A DNA stretch of 64,000 nucleotides from Hamiltosporidium tvaerminnensis FI-OER-3-3 (Eukaryota; Fungi; Microsporidia): contig CM061248.1 in NCBI GenBank assembly GCA_022605425.2, positions 682,001 through 746,000 on the forward strand. Direction: 5' to 3'. Position numbers and translations under genes: made by a program. The notes below the pieces were generated by a model, which worked only from the letters and a program-made list of their open reading frames with translations, had not been told where the DNA came from and made no database searches. This document shows, in pieces, positions 38,300 to 49,003 of this stretch (within the stretch, counting starts at the first letter, position 1; every line of letters begins with the position of its first letter).

Positions 38300-39851
38300 A
38301 GATCGCGAAGCTATATAAATTGGATCATGAAGTAATAAATGGAAGATAGTTCATGTGTTCAATCGAATCGTGATTTTTAAACAATATATTCATGAAGCTA
38401 TGTAATAAAACATAAAAGAGGAAATCAAGCATGATTTTTATTCAAAATATTACATGAAAAACCAAGATCAAGAGTCGAAGGACTTTGTCACAGTAAATTA
38501 AATTTTAAAAAAATAGTCTCATACAATCAATATGAGATATATTATATCATTTATAATTTACATGTATTTTGACCTGAACGGCTAACTTCTTTTAAGGTGA
38601 ATGATCATGTTTCTAAAATGATAGTAATATACGAGGAATATTTTTGCTTAGTATTTACACGCGTTTCTTCTTCCTAGAATAGAATTGTAAAGTGTATCAC
38701 ATTGTGTTGAATTAGAGTATGGATTTTGCAATTCTTGGTGTGCCTGAAAACAAGCCAAAGTTATTACAACTGGAAAAATAGCAATACTAAACATAAATAA
38801 TAGTTAAAACTCTATTTTACACCAATTAAAAACTTTTTATAGGTAAAGTATACGATATAAGAAAAACCAGAAAGATAGTTTAAAAATCAAAAATATAAAT
38901 AATATAAAGAAATGAAAATCTTAGATTAAATATACGCCTATATTATAACAGAAAAATTTTGCATGGGCGTTTTGTTGAGTCTTTAAGAGGCCTAAAAAGG
39001 AGAATATGAGGTTAATCGATTATGATGTATTCTGATTGGTAAGAGAAACGTGCCTATAAGAATTATCTGGCACAATGGTAGATAATCTAGCCATCAAAGT
39101 GTAGAAAACACTTCAACATGCCTTCATTTTTACTCAACAGATATAAAATTACCATATTGAACCAAATAATAGATCAAAAGATTCAATAAATTTTTGAAAT
39201 TAGTCAGATGAAGATAAAATTCAACAACGAAATATAAAACCATGTCTAAATTCGGCATAATAGGCTAATCTAAACATTTTAAATGAAATAAAGACATGAT
39301 AACTCTCCTTAAAGTAGAAATTACATTCAAATTAACTTTAAAGAATTGAATTAGAAAAAAAACTTGAAAGTTTGACTTTTTAGGAAAATCAAATAGTTCA
39401 TTGTACAAATGTTTATTTGAGATAATTACAGATTTAAAGACTGAGAACGTATTCGAATAAAATCAATAGGTTAAGATTGAAAAACTTCAAATATTCATGG
39501 CGTTAGAGACATACACTCGTCGAAATTACCTAAAAAAATAATCTGGATAAATTATTATTTACCAAGAGACTTAGCCAGGCCTAATGCCTAAGAGCTTCTA
39601 GAGAACATCTTCTTGTGTTAAATATGGACCAGAAAACCATAAATACCAATATGTTAATAAGGAACAAACTGACAAGTAAGATGGTGTTAAACGGGTGAAG
39701 TCAAAAACTATTTGAACCCATATTTTCGATGACTTAATAAATTAGAAAAACAGACAATAAAGATAAATGAAGAGTAGGATACAAAGGAGAAAATAAAAGT
39801 GATCAAATGATGAATGCAAACGTTTTTAATTTAGAATTTATTTTAATAAAA
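38300..39851 (+). mobile_element. Old, heavily degenerate copy of the R4/Dong-like LINE (3' portion)
   Basis: ATCAAGAGTCGAAGGACTTTGTCACA, CTTCCTAGAA.AGAA.T, GTAGATAATCTAGC and ATAAATGAAGAGT.GGAT are colinear with 33600-35119. Confidence 0.78.
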
Positions 39852-40855
39852 ATATCCTACTAGTTTATTTATTATACTACCACAAAATTGACTAAAAAAA
39901 TAATTTGTTGATTTGAATGATTTTACAACCGAAAAGTTTTTTTTTTATTTTAATAGAATATTTTTTCCTTTACCAGTTTCTAGATCAATTTATTTTAAGT
40001 ATTGTTGATCTAAATCATTATACGTTCTAGTTTTTACATAATTTCACAGCCTATAAATATATATTTCAAAAACGGCTTGCTTTTTTTTATTAATAATAGA
40101 ATAAGACAAATGAAAATATAGGAATATAGACGCACTAATAATAATACTCGTCTCACGTGATAGATATATAGTTTTACTTCAAAATTCAAACCAATAAATC
40201 TTCTATATTTTTTATAACTATTAATTTAATAAAAAAAGTCATCTTTATATTTAATCTTAAAGAAAAGCTTTGGTTATGCCAGTCACTATAGAATTTCTTT
40301 TTCTCTTTTCTGAAGAAAGCTATGAAGAATGAATCACATCTAACAATAGTTCAATCTAATTTCTAAAATTAATAAAAAAAAAACATCTCTGCTTATAATT
40401 TATTTGAATATTATTGAGTTGCTATAAGTTATAAATAAATTCGACCTTAAAACATCCAATAAACATTTTTAGTGTTGAATCACATAGCCTTAAATTTATT
40501 AATTTTATCATTCTATAGCTGAATTGAATATGTCTTTGTACAAATAACAACATGACATCCAAAATTTTAGCCGCAAAAAACAAATATAAATCATTACCTT
40601 GTTATCAATACCGTTTCACAAAATTGTCTAAATTATTTTAATCCGCTTTAATTTCGAATATATTATTAACTAAACCAAGATAAATGTTAAGCTGCTATTG
40701 GTTTCAAACTAAACATTAAAACAAAATCTTGCATTATATAAAACATAAAACAGAAACTTTATAAAGATTGATAGATAAAAAATATTATTAGATGATGAGG
40801 GCGTCTTTTGATCATTATTTAAAATAAATTAAAATAGCGAAAAAATATCCCTTAT

Positions 40856-43564
40856 ATGTCAGAAAATTATGAGATATTAATTTATTATAAATTATATATA
40901 ATGAAAGGTATCGATAATATAATTAGGAGTTTTTATTGTAGAAAATACCGATACATATTCAAAGCCTTTATACCTGCATTATTTTTCTTTGTTACAATGT
41001 TTAAAGAGTGTATCTGTTTTAAAATTAAAATTATTTTTGAAAACGAAGCAGAATTTTCTCAGGTCGCTCTACATCAAAATATTTCCTTTATTGATAACAG
41101 CGTTCAAATTAATGCATCAAATGAGGCACATATGGAGTCTTCTCAACCAGAAAATCAAAATCCTTTAAATTGTGTAGAGCCGATATATGAAGTAATTGGA
41201 AATAATAATGATACTATATTAGATTCAAAGACTCATACACATGAAAGTAAAAATTCTGCCAAGAAAAAAAAACTAGACGCCTTATTAAGTGTATGCGAAG
41301 AACAAATAAACTCTTTAAACAACAAAAGTGATGATAGCAGTTTCCAAGATGAAAATTTATTCCATAAAAAAGCTAAAAGATCTAATAATCCGTCCTCCAG
41401 TAAAAAACAACTACGCTCTAAGAATCAAAAAAATGGAATCAATGAAGGGAATTCTAAAGATCCAAAGTTCATAGTTTTTGATTATTCAGATAAATATGTG
41501 ATTCGATCTAAATATTTTGATAAGTATATTGGGTCGGAATTTACTGACTTAAAATTTAATATTTGGGAAATAACAAAAACAAATATTGATATCAAAACAT
41601 TTGAAATTTTTCTCAGTGTTTTATACTTTGGCAAATATAAAAAGAGTTTAAATTTAAAAATTGAAAAATTTATGAGTTTTTTAGAAATATTTTATGATTT
41701 ATTTTGTTATGCTAGATCAGATGTTATATGTAGTTTATACAAAAATTTAATTCCGGTTTTAATTATGTATAGAAATGATCTTATAGATGAAACACTTTCT
41801 GAAATGCCCGAGAATATATCATTGAGGCAAAAAAATCTGTTTTTGCCATTTATGAATACATTTTTTGATAAGGTTTCTGCAAAATTTGAAATAAATAATG
41901 ACGAATTTTTGGTTTTGAAAAAAACAGATCAGCAGAATGAAGTATGTTTTTCTCATAAAGAAATCATCAAAGATATAAAAATACGTACAACGCCAGAAAC
42001 ACTTATGCTACTAGGAAGAAATTTTAACAGCCATACTAAATTAATTCCTTGGATTCTATTTATATTAGAAATAAATGGTATCAAAATATCTTGTGACAAT
42101 ATGTACTATTATGAACGAGAAGAATACGAAAAAGAAATTCAATATGGAATATCGAATAAAATATTATCGAATCCAAAATCAAAATTTTTGCCCTCAGGAA
42201 TATTACTTACTATTAAATGGCTAAAAATTAAAAAATTAAAGTTTTTGGAACTAGAAAGAATTAAATTACGATATGAAGAATTAGCAGCAATTAAACAGTT
42301 TATAAATCTTGAATCACTTATTTTAGTTAAATGTATACTTCCTGAATTTTGTTCATTGTTTGCCAAATTATATTCTAATTTCAGAAAGTTAAAAACGCTA
42401 AAGATCATCGGGTTTGTCTTGACTTCAACATTTTTTAACAATTTAAAAAAAATGAAAATACAATATTTAGATATCTCATGTTCTATTTATAAAAGAAATA
42501 CTTATTTTTTGAAACCATGGAATAGAGACAATCAATTAAATAATTTAAGACTGGATTATTCTCATTTAGGGTATGATGTTATAGACAATTTGATGAAATC
42601 TAAAAACTTAAAATATCTGAGCATGAGGAATCTAAATTCGTCGTGGTTTAAAAAATCATCTAATTATTCTCTGTGGCCGAAGAGATATGAGGTTTTAAAT
42701 CTTTCTGGATGCATTTTTCACAAAAATTTGTTGAATTTTTTTTCAAAGGATTTGCAAGTTGACAATATTTTACTTGAAAAATTGAATATATTAGATCTTA
42801 GAAAAATATTGAAACAAAAAAGTTTACATTTATCTACAAAAAAACTCGATATAAGCAAATGCGCATTGGATTTAACTGCTATAAACTTTTTAAAAATGTT
42901 TGAAATTTTGGAGATTTTAATTCTTCGTCATTTGCCTCAATGTGAGTTACCGTTGTTTGCTGTAGACTTTTTTTTTAAATCTCATTTGATTTCAGTTGAT
43001 CTATCAAATTCACAATATATTCAGAATGAAATCATATTTTTACTTCAATTTGGTAGTTTAAGAATAATTAAAATCCCTAGATGTAACTTGGAAGTCGGAT
43101 TTATGAAATCAATTTTTACTATTTCTCAATATTCTTCCGTAGAACATTTAGATATTTCAGAAAACCAATTAGATACTAATGATTTATATTCTTTAAGCCT
43201 ATTTACTAATCTTAAGTATCTTGTCATAACCTTAGATAGTGCCGTATATATAGATTACCTTACAAACCATGATAAAATCTCTCATTTAGAATTAAATACA
43301 TTAATTTTAGTAAAATCTTACATAAATCAACAAATATTTCAATTCATAATGGAACAACCATCAGTTAAACATATTCTTTTTAAATATTCGACAATGATTG
43401 ACAATGTTATTCCTGTAAATTTAACTTACTGCATGAAATATATAAAGAGTATAAAATTTTCGGATTCGCTAATTTTCCCTGGTAATCTTAATACATTGGT
43501 TGATTTGCAAAAACAGGGGATAATAGTTGATTTTTGTGAAAAATCCCTTTCATTTATACAATAA
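40856..43564 (+). CDS. Leucine-rich-repeat protein, 902 aa, with N-terminal hydrophobic (signal-like) segment, basic clusters and BTB-like region
   Basis: Intact long ORF with repeated LxxLxL motifs (LKFLELE, LESLILVKC, LKTLKI, IQYLDIS, LNNLRLD, VEHLDISENQL). Hydrophobic IFKAFIPALFFFVTMF. CCC 5 nt upstream of the ATG; AATAAA at the stop. Confidence 0.9.
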   Translation: MSENYEILIYYKLYIMKGIDNIIRSFYCRKYRYIFKAFIPALFFFVTMFKECICFKIKIIFENEAEFSQVALHQNISFIDNSVQINASNEAHMESSQPENQNPLNCVEPIYEVIGNNNDTILDSKTHTHESKNSAKKKKLDALLSVCEEQINSLNNKSDDSSFQDENLFHKKAKRSNNPSSSKKQLRSKNQKNGINEGNSKDPKFIVFDYSDKYVIRSKYFDKYIGSEFTDLKFNIWEITKTNIDIKTFEIFLSVLYFGKYKKSLNLKIEKFMSFLEIFYDLFCYARSDVICSLYKNLIPVLIMYRNDLIDETLSEMPENISLRQKNLFLPFMNTFFDKVSAKFEINNDEFLVLKKTDQQNEVCFSHKEIIKDIKIRTTPETLMLLGRNFNSHTKLIPWILFILEINGIKISCDNMYYYEREEYEKEIQYGISNKILSNPKSKFLPSGILLTIKWLKIKKLKFLELERIKLRYEELAAIKQFINLESLILVKCILPEFCSLFAKLYSNFRKLKTLKIIGFVLTSTFFNNLKKMKIQYLDISCSIYKRNTYFLKPWNRDNQLNNLRLDYSHLGYDVIDNLMKSKNLKYLSMRNLNSSWFKKSSNYSLWPKRYEVLNLSGCIFHKNLLNFFSKDLQVDNILLEKLNILDLRKILKQKSLHLSTKKLDISKCALDLTAINFLKMFEILEILILRHLPQCELPLFAVDFFFKSHLISVDLSNSQYIQNEIIFLLQFGSLRIIKIPRCNLEVGFMKSIFTISQYSSVEHLDISENQLDTNDLYSLSLFTNLKYLVITLDSAVYIDYLTNHDKISHLELNTLILVKSYINQQIFQFIMEQPSVKHILFKYSTMIDNVIPVNLTYCMKYIKSIKFSDSLIFPGNLNTLVDLQKQGIIVDFCEKSLSFIQ

Positions 43565-44559
43565 ATTTTTTAGAGTTTGATTATTATTCTTTTTGATTAT
43601 AAAGTGAAATAAACATTAATTTTAATATAGTATTATGTTTTAAATGGTTCTGTTCTGATTAGTCGAAAAATTTAAATTTTAAAAGCAAAATAATACCTTA
43701 TGAAGAAAGGCTTGGAGTAACATAACTCTAGAAGTTTATGAATTTATTACAAATAAAACGATGTGATATTTTGTGTTTGCAATACACATAAACCACCTAA
43801 TTATCAAATAAATATGTCTATTACCGGATGTAAGCCTAGATTAAAGAGTAAAATTGGTTTAATATTTTCTTAGTAAAAAATTATATTTCAATACATTTAA
43901 CGTCTTTTATAGGTCTATATCCTGATCATTTGTCAAGTCCCAAATTATAATCTTAATTGTTTTATAGATTATAAATTAATCAAGATATATTGATTGTTTT
44001 GGTTATTTCTTGGGATGGCTTTTTATAAATCTTCATATAAATTAGACGTATTCTATGCAGAAGCCTCCAATATATCCATGATTTCTAGTGTAAATCAACT
44101 AAATATCATGTGTTCACACCCTCATGGTCTTCGCAATAGGCTTAATATTTGGTATATAAATTTATTTTTAGAGCCTATACTTAAGGGTAGTTCGGTATAT
44201 ATTAAATTTCATAGTATATATTATTCAAATTTTAGGTTCATGCAAATTTGTGTTCTTCTAAGTTAAAATATATACGGTACAGGCAATTAGATTAATTGGA
44301 AAATTTAAGAATTTTTTTTTGAATTTTATTGGCTACAAAAAAGGATAGTTTAGTAAAGCAAAGGAGTAATGAAGAAAATGAACGCTTTACAAAAAAAACA
44401 TGTACATTCAAATACAAAATGCATATATCAAGGTTTTTATTCATTAGAGCGGCTTTCTTTTTGGGAAAGTTCCAGTTATAAATCATTTTTTCTATATAAC
44501 ACTTTCATTTGGCAGCCGATATCTAAATTTGCTGCCATATCGACTATGTGCTTAGTCAC

Positions 44560-45960
44560 TAATATTATATAAATTTCTTGAACCTTCGTTTAGTGAAATC
44601 TTGAACCGAAAAATTTCTTCAGCAAAAATAAATTTTCCATACATAAATTAAATTTGTTTCTAGCATAAAGTTGGCTTTATGTTGCATGTTTTGTACCTAA
44701 TTCTTAAAATTTTTTTTATTTCAAGATGAAATGCATATTCTTTCTTGCACGTTCCGTTCTCCGTCGACATCCGAGACTCTAGTTCTTACCGTCCCCTTTT
44801 ATTAGTAGCAGAGGTTTTTGAATTTGAGATTTTTTTCATCTTTTCAGCTTGTTTGTTTGGATTACTTGCTGAAATCGGATTAATTTTTAATATTTTCGAT
44901 TTTCATTTTTTATTTCAAATCGGAATCTTATGGGAAATCATTATAACCATGCTTCACGTGGTTTTAATGTCCAGAGACATAAACTTCAGATCCCAAAACA
45001 TCAGCTTCTTTTTTGTTGTTTTGACAATCAAACAGGGCTTGAATATAAATAAAGGAGGAATGAAAACAGCTACCAAATGAAGAGAACTTCTTTTTTTCAT
45101 AATAAATTATTGCTATCCTGACCGATTTCTTTGCAGTTCAGCTTTTTCTAGCGATTGAAAATTGTTTTATTTATTAATATTACTTCTAGGTTTTCTTCAC
45201 AGTTTACATTTGACGAAACGTCTTTAGTAGAAAACTTTTTTAGCCAACTTTAAACTTAATTCAACATAAATTTACATTTTGTACGATTTATGTCACCATG
45301 TTGAGCTCTGTTTTTCCTAATCGGAACAAAATGTAACTCTTCGGACTATTTTCTGCTGTTGTCATCATAATTAGTAACTTTGCATATTTCCTAGATTTTT
45401 ATGGGCATAAGCTACGATGCCTTGTCTCTAAGAGTATATAGGCTTATTCTGCAACATCTTTGACTCGATCCACATATTATAGAGTTCTTCAATATGATCG
45501 CTAGCAAAAACTCTGCTAATATCACTTTGCAAATAGTTTGCGCACCGAAAATAAGAAAAAAAGCATTTAAAACTACATTAGCTACTTCTTCTGCACTTTT
45601 GATTTTTAGGCGTCGAAGTTATATATACTTAGATACGTGATCTTGTTCAAAAGTATGAATTTAATTAATCTTCGGAATGTGATTAAAATAGTTCAAATCT
45701 AGTTTTCGTCTTGAATTCATGTTTTTACTTAGTATCGGATTTACATCCAATCTTTTTTATGGTGCAGTAATCTTTTTGGCTCGGCATAGATTACTTTAGA
45801 TGGTTTACTATCATTTCTCCTGTGATGTTTTTTTGCAATGAATTTATTTCCTTTTCCCTATTGTCTCGATCATCGTGCCAAATCGCAACACGTGCATCAT
45901 ATAAAATTAAAATATCTCTTCTCGTGTACATAAAAACTCAATCTTCTCTTAAACCTCCTC
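44560..45960 (-). mobile_element. Decayed KRBA2/SCAND3-like rve integrase (Ginger-type DNA transposon relic)
   Basis: Manual minus-strand translation gives, in order: WHDDRD..EKEI....KNITGEMI, VNPILSKNMNSR, QDHVSKYI*LRRLKIKSAEEVANV, IFGA.TI(L)QSD, KQAEKMKKISN, TVRTRVSDVD, LGTKH...QLYARNKF. Confidence 0.75.
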
Positions 45961-46219
45961 AAAAAATGAAAAAAAAAATCTTTCTCCACAATAGTTATCT
46001 TGTTTAATCTGCCTCTCCCCTCATGATTCTTTATTTTCCTCTTAATAACTTTCTTTTATATCCTTTAGCTTTTTCTAGTACTCGAAGCATTGTTTATTAG
46101 TTAAGATTTGTGTATTCTGACTTTTGGATAAGTTTGTTTCATTTAGCCTTTTGCCAAAACAATACGTCATATCATATCATTAACATTCATTAACATTTGA
46201 TCATATAATTTATCTATAT

Positions 46220-47070
46220 AAACGTTGCTTTTTGGATTTTTTATATGATTTAAACCCCCACTTCATTTTCGGTTGATCTATGAACTATTGTATAAAAGGC
46301 AAGGGGTCTAATAATGGTAAATCTTTCCCACAAAGTTAATTTGTAGTCTTTATATAACGAGATTGGATACATAGCTGAAATTTTGGGAATTACAATATAA
46401 AAGCATGGAAACCTAGTTTTAATCACTATGGTTAGAAGAATAGGTGCCTGGAAGATACCAAAATAAAACCCTTCAAAACCAGTAATCTGCGCGAATAATC
46501 TGGTGTTGAAGATATCGCAATATACTTCCAAAGGCAGGATTTAATTTCCTGTTAGTTCACTTTTTATCTTTCGTTCGAAAGTTTACGTAAAGCTCAAAAC
46601 CTAATCTATCAAAAGAAAATTGTCTTTGGAACGCCTATAACTTGGTGCAGCTTTAATTCATCTGTGGATTATATTCTATCCGTAGGGAAAGAACAAGCTA
46701 AAAAATCCAGTAAAGCTAAATAGCAGGTATTTTTGTTAGATGGCATTGCATTTTCTAGATGGGGTTTATCTAAGTATTCGAGATATATCTTAAAGGATAG
46801 TTTAAAAGCTTCTGAAGATGTAAGTTAAGTAGGAATTCTGCTAAACTTTGGAGAGCCTAAGACGGTTTCAAGTGCAATCAAACTCCGAAAAACGAACTTA
46901 GGCTACTTCCGGACAACCGCTTCGGTAATTTAATGTGTTCTTCAGAACTTTTTAATAAAGGGCTTTAGGTGTATTAAAGTATACAATGGTTTGTCGGGCA
47001 AGCCGTTATCTATTCTAATTCGGACAGCGTTAATAAATTTCATATTTCAAAACGCCCCCATTTTATATTA
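46220..47070 (+). repeat. Family B repeat, diverged copy (B4), interrupted by a tRNA-SINE
   Basis: Blocks CATGGAAACCTAG, AGCTAA.TAGCAGGT, CATTGCA.T.TCTAG.TGGG, ATATATCTTA, AACGAAC and TCCGGACAAC are colinear with B1. Confidence 0.78.
46486..46702 (+). mobile_element. Second, older tRNA-SINE copy nested in B4
   Basis: Shares GATATCG, CTTCCAAAGGC, TTTATCTTTCGTTC, AACCTAA.CTATCA, TGTCTTT, CGCCTATAACTT and TAATTCATC with 24611-24834. Flanked by AAAACCAGTAA (46475-46485) and AAATCCAGTAA (46703-46713). Confidence 0.85.
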
Positions 47071-47139
47071 CCTTCTATATTTTATTACTAAAACTAAAAA
47101 ATTATCTATAAAAACGTATGGAGTTGGTTAAAACAAGAC

Positions 47140-47870
47140 TTTATTTAAAAGTATCACATCTTTTTAAAATAGTGGCAAGTGTTATATTTGTTTTTATGAC
47201 ATTAACGCAGTTCTAGGTTTGACATAAATAACTGCTACCCCAAAACTCTATCGGTGACCCCTGCAATACCTACGTCCCAAAGCCTTTCATTTACCAAGTA
47301 TGTAGAACCTAATTAATAGGCGAGGCAGTTGCCCGGAGTTCGTTAATGTCCGTTGCATGGAGTGTGATCGAAGGCCGAAGCCCCCCCTGGGCTCCCCCAA
47401 GACTATGCAGCATTCCCACTTACTCTACACTTTCTGAACCCAATAAACTTCTAGCTAAGATATATTTCAGAGATTTACATGGGGTCCACCTAAACAGTGC
47501 AATGTCATACCAACAGGTATAACCTGTTACTTAGCTCTCCCGGCTTTAAATGATTTTTTATTTTATATCTCCCATGGCGCCAAGTCTTCTAACCCGAGTG
47601 AGCAAGGCTAGGTTTCCATGTTTTTACATGGCAATTACCTACAATTTCAGCTGCCGCCTGCAATCTGGTTACATAAAAAAACTATAAATATATTTGTAGA
47701 AAAAGTTTCTCCATTTCTTAGACCTCTACTCTTCATAACAACTCCCATGGAACAGCCAAAGATGTAGTGTGGTTGTATTCCCACCAGAAATCCAAACAAT
47801 GATCTTCACACCAGTTTCACACACTGATTGCCAAGCAGAAAGTTTTTTATGTGGTTATCCTCCCTCCACC
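47140..47870 (-). repeat. Family B non-coding repeat, full-length ~730 nt (B2)
   Basis: Close match to 11418-12135 across its entire length. Confidence 0.92.
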
Positions 47871-48151
47871 AATAAAATAAATGTAAAAAATAATTGAGAA
47901 ATTTTTTTATAGATAAATTAGATTATTTGAAATACCTGTCAAAAGTTTCATAACTTTTTGTGATTCTAATTTATCATAGAACATTATTTTCAATGGACCA
48001 ATCAAATAATTACAAATGTTAAAAAATATTTTTTATATTTTATTTTTTTGGATTTCAAAAGATTATACCTAATTTAATACAATAATATAAATAATATAAA
48101 TATTTTAAATATTAAAAGTAACTGTATAGATTTAATCAATAATTCGACACT

Positions 48152-49000
48152 TTAATCTTGTAAAATATCGTCAAATGTTATAAAAATCATACTAAAAACA
48201 AAACTAAGCACACTTTTATAAAGCAATTCAAAGGATCCGTTGTACTTGGTTTTGATTTTGAGAGGTAAAGTACTCATGGCTCTCAAAAGTAATATTATCA
48301 TCAATAAAAATGCAAATTCTCTATTACGAGTGAACATTAAGCCAACAATAACTAATATTTTGACAAGAAGATCAGTTCTGATTCCTAAAATGGCAGATCT
48401 TATAGTGGCTAAAAAATCCGTCTTCTTTTTCTTTTCCGTAACGTAATAAAGAATTCCTTTGTTGGTAACTAATTTACTTGGATCAACTTTAATTTTCCTT
48501 CCATTATCTAATATTTTTACAAAAACTTTCCTATCGATTTGATTCATTTCTACACTGCCTTCCTCTTCCATTTCATTTGGTCTAATTATACGTTTTTTCA
48601 CATTAAAGCAACTTTCAGAAAAAATTGACGTACAATTTTTTTTAACATCAAATTTTAAAAATAAATCGCCATTTTCCCCCAAAGAAACCAAAGGTACCGT
48701 TTCACTGACAATTTTACCATTAAATATAATTTGAATCCACTGTGTAGAAATATCTTCTACATTGTATTTATTATTTTCTTCGATAACTTCTGTCTCTTTT
48801 TCTTTTCTTTCATTCATATTTTCAGCGATTAGAGTCTCATTAATATCGTATTTACAAAATGCTCCATGCATTTCATTTGACTCCTTTTCTTTGATCTTTT
48901 TTATTACATATTTTTTAACATCAAGTACTGTCTCTTCATGTGTATATTCTTTTTCAAAAAAAGTATTTCCACTTACATCATTCAAAACTAACTTTGCCAT
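48152..49000 (-). CDS. Ubiquitin-like-domain membrane protein (Herp/Usa1-like architecture), 282 aa
   Basis: ETVLDVKKYV and IQIIFNGKIV resemble the UBL helix and LIF.GK.L strand. C-terminal hydrophobic helices. CCC immediately precedes the ATG. Confidence 0.75.
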   Translation of the reverse strand: MAKLVLNDVSGNTFFEKEYTHEETVLDVKKYVIKKIKEKESNEMHGAFCKYDINETLIAENMNERKEKETEVIEENNKYNVEDISTQWIQIIFNGKIVSETVPLVSLGENGDLFLKFDVKKNCTSIFSESCFNVKKRIIRPNEMEEEGSVEMNQIDRKVFVKILDNGRKIKVDPSKLVTNKGILYYVTEKKKKTDFLATIRSAILGIRTDLLVKILVIVGLMFTRNREFAFLLMIILLLRAMSTLPLKIKTKYNGSFELLYKSVLSFVFSMIFITFDDILQD

Positions 49001-49003
49001 GGG
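49001..49003 (-). promoter_or_regulatory. CCC motif directly upstream of the start codon (microsporidian initiation-region signature)
   Basis: Minus strand reads TTAACCC-ATG. Similar CCC motifs precede ATG 40856 and ATG 7790. Confidence 0.65.
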
